Part shown: in pieces, positions 45,505 to 56,277 of the stretch
Position numbering within the stretch: position 1 is the stretch's first letter
Layout: the number at the start of each line of letters is the position of its first letter
Assembly: GCA_021613535.1 (NCBI GenBank)
Contig: CP075492.1
Coordinates: 8,432,001 to 8,496,000 of the forward strand
Direction of reading: 5' to 3'
Source: Adineta vaga
Lineage: Eukaryota > Animalia > Rotifera
Length of the DNA stretch: 64,000 nt
Position numbers and translations under genes: made by a program
The notes under the pieces: generated by a model
Told to the model about the DNA's origin: nothing
Seen by the model: only the letters and a program-made list of their open reading frames with translations
Databases searched by the model: none

Positions 45505-46580
45505 GCACATTAGGTGTCTCTCCTGATGAAGATGTGTATGAATATTTGAAACTTGAATTCAATTCAACTTTAAAGTTTGACTCTAGTAACTTTTTTCCTT
45601 CTAGAAACATTTTTATTGAAAACGAATAAAAGAAATCATTGAAAAAAGAACAAAGAAGTAAAGACAAATAAATTTTGACGGTGGTTGTAGGATCAGGATT
45701 ATATTCTCGTTTAATTATTTTTAATTATTAAAATATTATTTATATTATAGAAAAACAAATCATAAAAGTTGTAAATGATTTCAAGCAGATCAATATATAG
45801 GAATGATAAATTGTTTTTCAGTGATAATTTCAATCAAAAAATGATTACGAATTATAGCATAATTCGTTTTTGAGTTCTAATCCATATTTGTATTGTAAAG
45901 CTTTTACCACTCTTTCTGTATTACTTTGCCAATAATCTCGCAGATAGTTCGAGTCACATGTTGATCTGCTTGTGAATTTAATATATCCAACACTTATCTT
46001 CAATTCATTATAATCGTTGTTTCTTTCAAGCAGAATTTGTGTTAAAGTAGCACCTATTGCATCGTTAGATTCATTATCAAATGATACGTAGGTTTGTATA
46101 TCACTATTTGTATCGACATTGAATAATTCTTTCATTTTTTCTCTATTATTGTTATCCAGATTAGAGAATTTTCTATCAACATATTCTTCAAAATCGGCTT
46201 TGGCTAAGTTACTAGGAAATGTTGTCACTACAAGTCGTTCTTCACATAGATCTTGTCCAGATGCTTCGAAATTTGATTTAGTTGAAACACCTAGTGATGT
46301 TGTTACTACAGCTTGTTTTTGATAAGGATTTTGTCCAGGTTCTTCACATTTTCGTTTGGTTGAAACATCTGAATTGGTTTTTGATACAACTCTTTCTTCA
46401 CAATGAACTTGTTCACGTTGTCCTTTATACGATGCAATGAACCAATCATAATCTTGTTTGTGTTGTAAGAATTCTTCGACTCTTTTTGTCATAGGAGTTG
46501 ACATTATTTATATATTTTATGTACCTTTTGTTTAAAAGAAAACATAGACTTATTCAGATGTTTTTGGCTTGAAAATGCAA
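45505..46580 (-). repeat. Left arm of an inverted segmental duplication (partner ~49093-50008)
   Basis: The reverse complement matches 49093-50008 over the 5' flank, CDS and ~340 bp of 3' flank. Confidence 0.95.
45845..46504 (-). CDS. Uncharacterised intronless protein, 219 aa, paralogue A with an internal 26-aa repeat expansion
   Basis: Homologous to the 49171-49668 ORF; start and stop positions are conserved and the indels preserve frame. Confidence 0.8.
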   Translation of the reverse strand: MSTPMTKRVEEFLQHKQDYDWFIASYKGQREQVHCEERVVSKTNSDVSTKRKCEEPGQNPYQKQAVVTTSLGVSTKSNFEASGQDLCEERLVVTTFPSNLAKADFEEYVDRKFSNLDNNNREKMKELFNVDTNSDIQTYVSFDNESNDAIGATLTQILLERNNDYNELKISVGYIKFTSRSTCDSNYLRDYWQSNTERVVKALQYKYGLELKNELCYNS

Positions 46581-46613
46581 AGCGTTAGAAATAGTATTGC
46601 GATCTTTAACGAT

Positions 46614-46794
46614 GGGCGTAAATACTATCGACTCTCAATGGTAGAAATTCCGCTTTTCCCGCCTAACAGTTATTTGTTTCAAGGCTCTTAAACAAAAAAA
46701 AAGATCTTTAGACTGGAAAAATTGAAAAAAAATGGTCCTTCTAAAGAAAAAAATTAAAATTGTTGAACATTCGGAGCGCTGGGTATTTACGCCC
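46614..46794. mobile_element. Small MITE-like element
   Basis: Perfect 12-bp TIR GGGCGTAAATAC/GTATTTACGCCC, extending imperfectly to ~27 bp; TSD unclear. Confidence 0.6.
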
Positions 46795-47213
46795 CTAGAC
46801 ATCAGCCACGTTTGCACAAACTATCCAAATTCGCACATCACATCTTTAACGAACTCGTACTGAGACCAATATTGCTTGTAAAACCATATTCTCTTAATTT
46901 TCTCATGATCAGGAGCGCATGTCATGGCTACATTTATAGAGTATTATTGACCATATATATATATATATTAATAATATTTTTAATACATACATCTTCTCGT
47001 CAAATTTACGAAATTCACGCGTGTACAGATATCACGTACTTAAACTCATGCTATTTTCCATATTTGTTATGGGACAAATAACAACAATATATATAAATAT
47101 ATATTCGTCGTCCAACAATTTATCTGATCTATACTCTGACTCGTTTGCAATAATACACAACACTGAACAAATAGGATTCGAATTATTATTTTTGTCATTC
47201 ATGTGAAATACAA

Positions 47214-48044
47214 TAATTGTAGATGTCTAAAGCCTAAACATTTAGGATAGACTACAGTGTCTAAGCTAATAAACTGAATTATTTCGTGAATAAAGAAAGT
47301 CTATAGGCTCATTACCAAACTCAAAGGAAATGTTACATACTTTGATCTTGTTTGACTTTTGAAGTTGATTGCTGTTTATTATTGTATAATATGTAATGAT
47401 AATAAATAAATGTGGAGTTCAAGTATTGCGTTGATAATGAAAAACTTTCTTGTTAATGGCAAACTTCGATTTAAAAATTAAACCCTTCTACTTTTTACGC
47501 TTTTTGTGCTTAAACGTTAGAGTAACTGTGCATCTGGCCCACATACCCATATATATGAGGCAAAAGATAATATGGCTTTTCCCATTGGCATTCTTCATGG
47601 TGAGAAATGCATGATATGCAAAAGAAAAAAGAAAGTGCCAGAATAATACTGGGTTTTTTCTCTTTTTTCCTTTTGCATATCATGCATTTCTCACCATGAA
47701 GAATGCCAATGGGAAAAGCCATATTATCTTTTGCCTCATATATATGGGTATGTGGGCCAGATGCACAGTTACTCTAACGTTTAAGCACAAAAAGCGTAAA
47801 AAGTAGAAGGGTTTAATTTTTAAATCGAAGTTTGCCATTAACAAGAAAGTTTTTCATTATCATTACACATTATACAATAATAAACAGCAATCAACATTAA
47901 AACTCAAACAATATCAAAGTATGTAACATTTCGTTTGAGTCTTGTAATGAGTCTATAGAATTTTTTATTCATGAAATAATTCAGTTTATTAGCCTAAACA
48001 CTGTAGTCCATCCTCAATGTTTAGGCTTTAGACTTCTATAATTA
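47214..48044. repeat. Long hairpin/foldback: perfect 193-bp inner arms plus ~190-bp imperfect outer arms
   Basis: 47432-47624 is the exact reverse complement of 47670-47862. 47214-47403 vs 47856-48044 is roughly 90% identical by eye. Confidence 0.97.
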
Positions 48045-48139
48045 AAAAACTGTACTTTTAGTTTCCACATTATACGCTCAGGACATTATTTTTAAAAAAT
48101 TTTTCGCAACCAAAAGCACATGCCACGCCTAGACTTATA

Positions 48140-48970
48140 GAGTATTAATTACATGAAAAAAAAGGATGGTATATGGATGTTTTTTGAATAAATTTTCAAT
48201 GATGATAGCTAGTGAGCTGGAGTTTTCACATAGGAAAGACGAGACGTTGGAGCATCTTTTTAAAAACGGAAACATTTTAAGGAAATTTTTGAAAATTTGG
48301 TTTTCTGGAGAATCTTTAAAATACTTGTGCATAGAAGAAGAATTTGTAATACTAAATTTTCTCTTCTTTTTGCATCAGTAGATGGAGGAAAGTGTTTCCG
48401 ATAAAAAAACATTCAACCAATTGTTCAGATTTTGTTTTGCGGAGAATACTCAGTAGCGTAAATAGGGAGGGGGGGGGGCCGTTGGATGTGACCCCCTCTG
48501 CTTCGGAAAGTTAGTAGGAAAAAAGGATTTACACCCTCCTGCCTTTGAAAACCCCATTTTTTGGCCTTCCTGTATGGGAGAAAAAAGTTTAGCCTTTTTA
48601 AACAAAAAAGGTTTTTAAATAAATTTTCTGAGAACTAGAAAAAAAAGTTGCACCCTTCTGCTTCGACACCCGAGTTACGCCCCTGAGAATACTTTTACTC
48701 TATCAAATATCATTTTTCTTTATTTGCTGATGTAAAAAGAACGAAAAGTTCACTATTACAAATTCTTCCTCTATGCATATGTTCTTTTAAAGTTTCTTCG
48801 AGAAATAAATTTTCCAGAAACTTCTCTAAAAACATATCAATTGCAAAAAGATGCCCAATAGTCTTGCCTTTCCATATTTGAAACTCTCAGTTCTCTAACT
48901 TTCACCCGTCAAAAGTGATTTAAAAAATCATCCATATACCATTCTCTTTTTGGATGGCCAATAGTCTCTG
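48140..48970. mobile_element. Old MITE/foldback element with ~265-bp diverged inverted arms
   Basis: 48140-48405 aligns to the reverse complement of 48700-48970 (shared blocks ATGGTATATGGATG, GCATCTTTTT, GCATAGA.GAAGAATTTGTAATA). Confidence 0.75.
48451..48685. mobile_element. Non-autonomous hAT-type MITE, 235 bp
   Basis: Perfect 8-bp TSD AGAATACT (48443-48450, 48686-48693); TIRs CAGTAGCGTAA / TTACGCCCCTG; subterminal ACCC..CTGC(T/C)T repeats. Confidence 0.9.
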
Positions 48971-49092
48971 TGCATTACAGTTTAACATTTCCTGGAATTG
49001 ATGGTTTTTCGAACTCCTTAGAAATTCTTATCTCCTAATTAGAATGATTTATGCACAAAGAGACTTATTTCTCCTAATAATCTTTTTAGAAA

Positions 49093-50008
49093 TTTGTTTC
49101 TTCAAACAAAAAATATCTGGATAACTTTATATTTTGTTTAGAACAAAAGGTACATCAACAAAACTAGAAAATGTCGACATATATAGTATCAAAAGCTGAC
49201 AGATTTTTACAACAAAAACGAGATTATGATTGGTTCATTACACCATGTACCGGTGGAAATGGACGAGATGATTCTGATGAACGGGTTGTATTCACAACAT
49301 TTCCCAGTAATTTAACCAAAGCCGATTTTGAAGAATATGTTGATAGGAAATTCTCTAATCTTGATAACAATAATAGAGCAAAAATGAAAGCCTTATACAA
49401 AGCCAATACCGACATTGATATGGAAAAAAATGTGTCATTTGATTATGAAAGTGACGGCGCAATAAGTGCTGTTCTAACACAAATGCTGTTTGAAAGAACT
49501 CAAACTGAATTAAGAGTCAGTGTTGGATATATTAAATTCACAAGAAGACCCACAAAAGGTTGGCATTATCTGCGAGATTATTGGCAAAGTAATACAGAAA
49601 AAGTGATAAAAGCTTTACAATACAAATATGGATTAGAACTCAAAAAAGAATTATGCTATAATTCGTAATCATTTTTTGATTGAAATTATCACTGAAAAAC
49701 AATTTATCATTCCTATATATTGATCTGCTTGAAATCATTTACAACTTTTATGATTTGTTTTTCTACAATATAAATAATATTTTAATAATTAAAAATAATT
49801 AAACGAGAATATAATCCTGATTCTACAACCACCGTCGAAATTTATTTGTCTTTACTTCTTTGTTCTTTTTTCAATGATTTCTTTTATTCGTTTTCAATAA
49901 AAATGTTTCTAGAAGGAAAAAAGTTAATAGAGTCAAACTTTAAAGTTGAATTGAATTCAAGTTTCAAATATTCATACACATCTTCATCAGGAGAGACGTC
50001 TAATGTGC
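49093..50008 (+). repeat. Right arm of the inverted segmental duplication
   Basis: Reverse complement of 45505-46580; similarity ends abruptly after CTAATGTGC. Confidence 0.95.
49171..49668 (+). CDS. Uncharacterised intronless protein, 165 aa, paralogue B
   Basis: Shares DYDWFI, TTFPSNL.KADFEEYVDRKFSNLDNNNR and YLRDYWQSNTE...KALQYKYGLELK with paralogue A. Confidence 0.8.
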   Translation: MSTYIVSKADRFLQQKRDYDWFITPCTGGNGRDDSDERVVFTTFPSNLTKADFEEYVDRKFSNLDNNNRAKMKALYKANTDIDMEKNVSFDYESDGAISAVLTQMLFERTQTELRVSVGYIKFTRRPTKGWHYLRDYWQSNTEKVIKALQYKYGLELKKELCYNS

Positions 50009-50971
50009 AGTGTGGTTGTAAGATAGCTACCATGACGCATTTCATCCTTGCTTAAGGGACTTTTCAAATAGCTAATATTTTCTATATGATTTCGAAAAAT
50101 GACAAGAAATAATTCAGTTAAACATTTTATGATATATAATGGAGAGAAAGTAAACATAGTGACCTTTTTATGAAAACAGAAGATTTTAAAGATGAAGGCT
50201 GTGTGTGTAGTTGTGGATGAGAAACATATCCACACCCTCAAGATGGTAAATAAAATTCGAATGGAGACAGTTTTTGTTTGGTTATAAGTTTAGGATCATC
50301 AGGAGAACATCGATGACAATAACAGTATTCAATAATAAATATGTCATAACAGTTTTTGAAACGACTCATATTATGATCCAATACTGGTTCATCAACATGG
50401 ATGAGGGTGTGGGTATATCTTCTTCACATCGACACCCTCTACCATAGAATAGACAATAACATAATTTCAGAAGTGTGATCCGTAACTTTTCCCGCGCCAA
50501 AACCTTAATTATAGACTAGCTTATCTACAAAGTTTCAAAACTTTAGTTTTATCGAAGAAGTGGCGTCCTACAAGTAAACTAGGATATATAGTCGACGTCC
50601 TAGTCAAATCACAATGTGAGCCAAACTTCTTGGATAGATTCTCTATAAGACGCATTTTTCTCCAACACTACTTAAATCTTATCGGTCAATTTGTCCGATT
50701 GATGCACATCCTATTTTTAATCATATGCAGGTCTACGTAAAGAAGCTTTAAAAAATACTTTTTTTTACTTAGTCTTCCACATACTATATATGTATATATA
50801 TGTAAAGTGTGTAGTTATAAACATAAAATGAATTTTACATTAGTAAAAAAGAAACACACACACACACACACACGATGGTCAATTCATTTTTTTTTGCAAC
50901 AGACAAAAACCTATCTTTGGAAGACTATAATACTGTAATCAAAAGCACCGTATGTATATATTATTTTTAAA

Positions 50972-52981
50972 TCAGTGTTGAAGAAAGAAATAATCTATGT
51001 CGTTATTCGTGCACCGTTTGATTACTATTCTTTTTGATATTGTTCATTTGAATCGTTTGTAGTTGTAACTTGTTGCGAATGATTTTCATTGATTGTATTA
51101 TTAGAACTATTTGCGTTTTTAGAAAGATCGAATGCTGCTTCAGGCGAAGGCACTGTTGAAGTATTTTCTTCAATACTAAAGAAAAATCGAATATTCTCTG
51201 ATTTCGATCACTGAAAAACTAAAACTAAACGAACTGTGAAGTATTGTTTTGCGATGAATTGGCTAAATTGTTATTAGCTATGGAAGTTCCTTCTTGATGA
51301 TACGCTGGTTTACTAGCAAAATAAAGAGATCAATTACAATTAATTATTACTTGTAAATGTTGATTACTTACCGAAGTTTAGGTGCAAACAGTCGAGTCTT
51401 AGGTTTATGAATACCATTATACGTCTAAAAAGTGGTTAACAAAAAGAGAGTAAATTTTCTTTAATAACAACTATATGACATGCGAGTAAATTTAGTGACT
51501 AATAGGATGGAACTCTTTTGCTAACTACAGATCTGAACTAGATTGAAAAACGATTTCCTACTCTTGTTAAAGAATTGAGAGGAATGAACTGTAAATAGAA
51601 GTTAAATTCTTTAGTCTTATTGTACAAAAATATATTTTACCATCGATGAATATGAATCGATTGTTGATGGTATATACCAAAAATTTGTTGGGAAAACATG
51701 AGGCTAAAAAGAAATATAGTTCGATATGTTTTTGATTTTTCTTCGATTGTATCTTACATTTCTATTAACAAAATGTGTTTGCGGATAGAAATTCATGTTG
51801 AATTGTTGTGGATTTGTTGCATATGGAAGTGTTGTTGGGATCGTATGTTGATGTTGTAATATATTGACATTATAGTTTAAAGGTATAGGTTGTCGTTGTT
51901 GTTGCAAGATTTGTGTTGGATGATAATTCATTGTTGTTGGTTGTTGAGACAAATTTCGAAGAAATGATGATGGATTCGCATGATTAGTAGGAGGAGGTGC
52001 TGCTGGTGGAAGATAATTAGATGTATATTGTTCTTGAATGGAAGATTTAGGTGGTAAAGACTGTTTTGTTAAACCATCATTCGATGGCATAGGAGGTTTT
52101 TGCCAGAGACAAGCTTTCATTCGTGCCTGAAGAAAGAAGATAAGTCATGCTAAGAAGTAATAATGTAAAGTTTTACCAAAATCTTTTGACCACGTATTGA
52201 AATATTTTCTCGTGTAAGATATAAAAATGCATTTTGTGCATCATCTTCACTATTAAATGTCACATACCAACAATCTGAATGATCAGATTCTAATACTCGT
52301 TCACATCCGATTGCTGCAACTGAACATAAATCATTTATAAATAAACCTAAGATTTCATTATCAGTTGCATCCAATGGTACATTTCGTAAAATAATAATAC
52401 AACGTTTACGTGTTGGAAGATGAATTTTGCTATCAGATGAACGAACTCTTTTCTCTTCACTATCAACTTCAACTAAAGGAGATTCTACAATAAAGAAAAA
52501 CGATTAAACATATCTATTAGATCTTTTGGATTTACCCTTGAGTACATCAATAATTAATTGTAAATCATTTGTAAGACGTTTAATAAGTTTAAAATTTCCA
52601 ATCATAGATATCGGTACATAATTCTCAGCATCCATTTGTGATTGTAAATAAATATCATTAACGATATTTTCTCTACAATTTCAATAGATACCGCAAGGTC
52701 ATGACAAATATTTTCGAAAAAAAGAAAGAAATCTGCGATTTACTTTGAGAAATAATATTCAAGTTGTTTGCGTAGTTTTTCTCGTAATTGTTCCGGTGAA
52801 AATGGTTTATCTAAAACCATTGAAATGTCATGTATGAAATTGATTACATACATTTATATTTACCTGATGTTGCGTGATGATTTGCATTAAACATTGTCGA
52901 TGATTGATCATTTATAGTATACATTTGAGACTGATTGTGTCTCAGATAAGTTTCCATTTCATTATTCATCTGATTTAGCAT
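50972..52981 (-). CDS. LARP4: La-related protein 4-like (La motif + RRM)
   Basis: [32 protein letters not shown]...KRCIIILRNVP...WYVTFNSEDDAQNAF. Some 3' exons are uncertain. Confidence 0.85.
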
Positions 52982-53836
52982 AGGAATAATTGCTATTGAA
53001 ATTATCCCGACAAAAATTATTTACTTCAGATGAAATAAATAATAATAATATTGTTGTTGATGTTGTTGTTGTTGTTCTGGTCTCTGTCTGTCTGTCTGTC
53101 TTTTCTTTTCCTCTGTTTTTTCCTTCTTATTTTTATGATTCCATCGTCTTCTACTTATTCTTGTTCTCTTGTTTTTTGTATGCCTCCGAACGACTTCGTA
53201 GCTAGCATTGAAACGGAAAAAATCTCATCCTATTTTTGCCATATGATAGAGAACAAACAGCACGAGTATTTCTTCCTGCTGATCAATGAGAAACAAAAAC
53301 GGTATAGAAATATTGTCGCTATTAACAAGGTCATTTAGATATTCTGATATTTTGTAATTGCATCCAAGTTATAAGAATCTTTTGATTTAAAAATGAAATT
53401 GAAACTGCAAAGACTCTGATGTGAGTCAAACATTCTCGATCAATTGTATTGTATTGTATTAAATCAAATTGTCTTGTATGATGATACTGATCAATAGATC
53501 TGAATGATACTTGAAAGATTATTCTTGCATTTATTGATGAGAGAAGACGGAAAAGAAGAAGCAAAAGAAGAGGAAATAAATAGTTTTCGTTCATTCTTAT
53601 ATCAATAATAAAGTTCACTATAAATCATACGAACGAAAAGAAGAATTTTGTTTTCATATATGTTTGTTGTTTTTTATTTGTCCACAAAACTAACCAATCA
53701 GCTATCTATATTACTTTACTTCGTATTCTACACGAGACGAGAGAGATAGAGAGAAATACTGAAACGTACTGTTATTTATTGTTTTCAGATTGATACAATT
53801 CATTTTCTTACTAAAAAAAATAAGAATTAATTAACT

Positions 53837-56277
53837 ATGCCGTCATATGATGATGATCTACCAACGTCAGAAGAAGAGATTCTATTAAAACAACTGACAG
53901 AAAATTGTGAAGAACAACAACAACGGATTCGAACAATTATCGAAGTAAATTTAGTGGCATTATCTTGCTCCCATTGTTTCTCTTTCGTTTAATTTAGGTT
54001 AAAAATTTAGTCATTGGCTCGAAACGCTGTAAAACAGCATTCTATCGTGTTGGTACTGTTGATAGACTTTTTAATTTACTTCAAGAATTTTCATCATTAA
54101 ATAATCAAATAAATGAACCATTGATTGAAATTATTGATTGTATATCATCATTTGCGAAATCAAATAATAAAAATATTGTCAATCGTCTTATTGAACTTGG
54201 TTGTATTCAACAACTATTTTCTTTAATTTCCTCACGAAATGATTCAATTCAATTATGTGAATCATCTCTTCGATGTTTACGTTCGTTTTTTCTTCCGAAA
54301 TCTTCTATGATAACATTTTCGAAAGTTGATTATACAAATCCGTTTTTAACACCGATTCCATTTGTACTTTTATGCGATCAAGATGCACATAAACCTCCTT
54401 CTTTAATAACACAAACACCAAAACTTGTTCAACTTATTTCTTTCGAGCAATATTCACCGATTGAAATTCTTTTCGAAATTCCTCAATCACTCGACATACT
54501 TTTACATTTATTGACCATTTCAAAATCGGCACAATTATCTATTGTAGAAATTCTATGTTGTTTATGTGTGAATAATGAACGACAACAACAATTGATAGAG
54601 AAAAATTTTATCACAGCTATTAGTCATCTTCTTGTACAAAATATTTATGATAAACAACAATATAGTCAACATCAGAACAGTAAAATTTGTTCCATGAAGT
54701 AAAGATTTTTTTCATTAAAATTTTAAAAATAACAAAAATTTTGATTCATATTTTAGTCTAACAAATGAATATCTTATTGGAGTTTGTTTGAAATTTTTAT
54801 GTTCATTATGTTATGAAAATTCTTCTATTGCTCAACAATTACATAATACAACATCTACGGAAACCAATCAAACTTTATGCGAGATTATTTCTAATCTTTT
54901 AACAAAAAATTATCGACCAATTGTTATTTCATATTATGCATCGAAATTTTTCGTTAATCTTTGTAAAACCAAGGTGCTATCTGCTGATCATCCATCAGTT
55001 GCTCTTGAATCTCTTTCAACATTGATACATTTATGTACAAAGTCAAATCTAAATAAATGCGTTTATTTACATATTGAATGTCTTGATACATTGATTTATT
55101 TACTTAATGGTAATAATACATTACATAAAAATGCAACATATACGGAACAATTATTGAATAAATTATTTACATATATTTTCACCCCATCGAAAATTCTTGA
55201 TGAACAAATTGATGAATTAATTTTAGTACAAGTACGTTCATCAGCATTGACATTACTTGCTGTTCTATCATCATATGATGAGGATATTAAAAAACGAATT
55301 GCAGACAAAGATAGTAAATTTGTCAAACGATTCGTTTTGTTTTTGCTCATACTTATTTTGTTTAGATTTAATTGCAACAGCAATTGATTCTTATCGTTCA
55401 TCACATGTGTCATTACAATTAGCTGCTCTACGACTTTTTCATGGTTTATCACGAAGTGTTCATCAACTTCGTACAACATTCAATGATACGATTTGTGATA
55501 TCCTACTCGATGCTATTAAATCAAGTAATTTAGAAATTGTGAAGATTTCTTCTTGTGTAATTAGTAATATTGTTCTGGAATTTTCAACTTGTCGAACGGT
55601 AAATGAGACAATAGAAGAAAAGCATTATTGTTCGTTTGTTTTTTCATTCAACGAATTTAGAGATTACTCAATGGTGGTATATTGGATATACTTTTGGCAT
55701 TTCTTACACATACTGATCATGATTTGTGTATAAATAGTATATGGGCACTACGTAATCTTTCGTACTTATCGACATTAAAAATTAAACAAGATATTATCAA
55801 TGGTAAGTAGAGAATAAATACATTTATAGTTATCGATTTGACAAAATTTAGGTTTAACAATTGATCGTATTTATTCATTACTTGAACAATGTACCGATGA
55901 ACAATTTCTCATATGTTTATTATCATTATTACGAAACTTTTTCGATGAAAAAGATACTAATATACTTTTAACGATGTTTAATGAAGAAAAATTATTGAAT
56001 GTAAGTTAATTCATAATTCACTTGTTTCATATTCAATCGATTTCTTCCTCTTATTATTAGACATTGCAACTATTACGTGAGAAAACTCATCCAGAAGAAA
56101 TTCAACGTGAATTAAATACATTAATTGATCATCTGAATTCAAGCAATGATTCAGTAAAAGATTGTTTTCAAATTGAAAGCATTCATTTTCTTGAAATCTA
56201 TTTAGTTACAACAGCGATTATCTACTGATTCGGTTAATTCATCTTGTCGAACATCGTTATTTCCCGAATGTAACTAA
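53837..56277 (+). CDS. ARMC8: Armadillo repeat-containing protein 8-like (CTLH/GID subunit)
   Basis: KNLVIGS, LAALRLFHGLSRSVHQLRTTF, VISNIVLEFS and NSIWALRNL match ARMC8 blocks. Confidence 0.8.

Noticed and set aside
45510-45580. Hammerhead-ribozyme-like core CTGATGA-stem-GAAA (mirrored near 49940-49995)
   Set aside because: Stem II can pair, but there is no complementary stem I and stem III has a mismatch beside the core; I found no viable type I or type III fold.
45440-45667. ORFs 45440-45667 and 49846-50055 with near-identical translations
   Set aside because: Non-ATG starts; the identity only reflects the duplicated 3' flank and ends at the duplication boundary.
47510-47722. 70-aa ORF across the hairpin apex, and 48135-48381 ORFs
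   Set aside because: They lie inside inverted-repeat elements and have no coding features.
46580-49093. Idea that the hairpin is the exact symmetry axis of the gene duplication
   Set aside because: Sequence between the hairpin and the gene arms shows no visible mirror homology and the distances differ, so a common origin is unproven.
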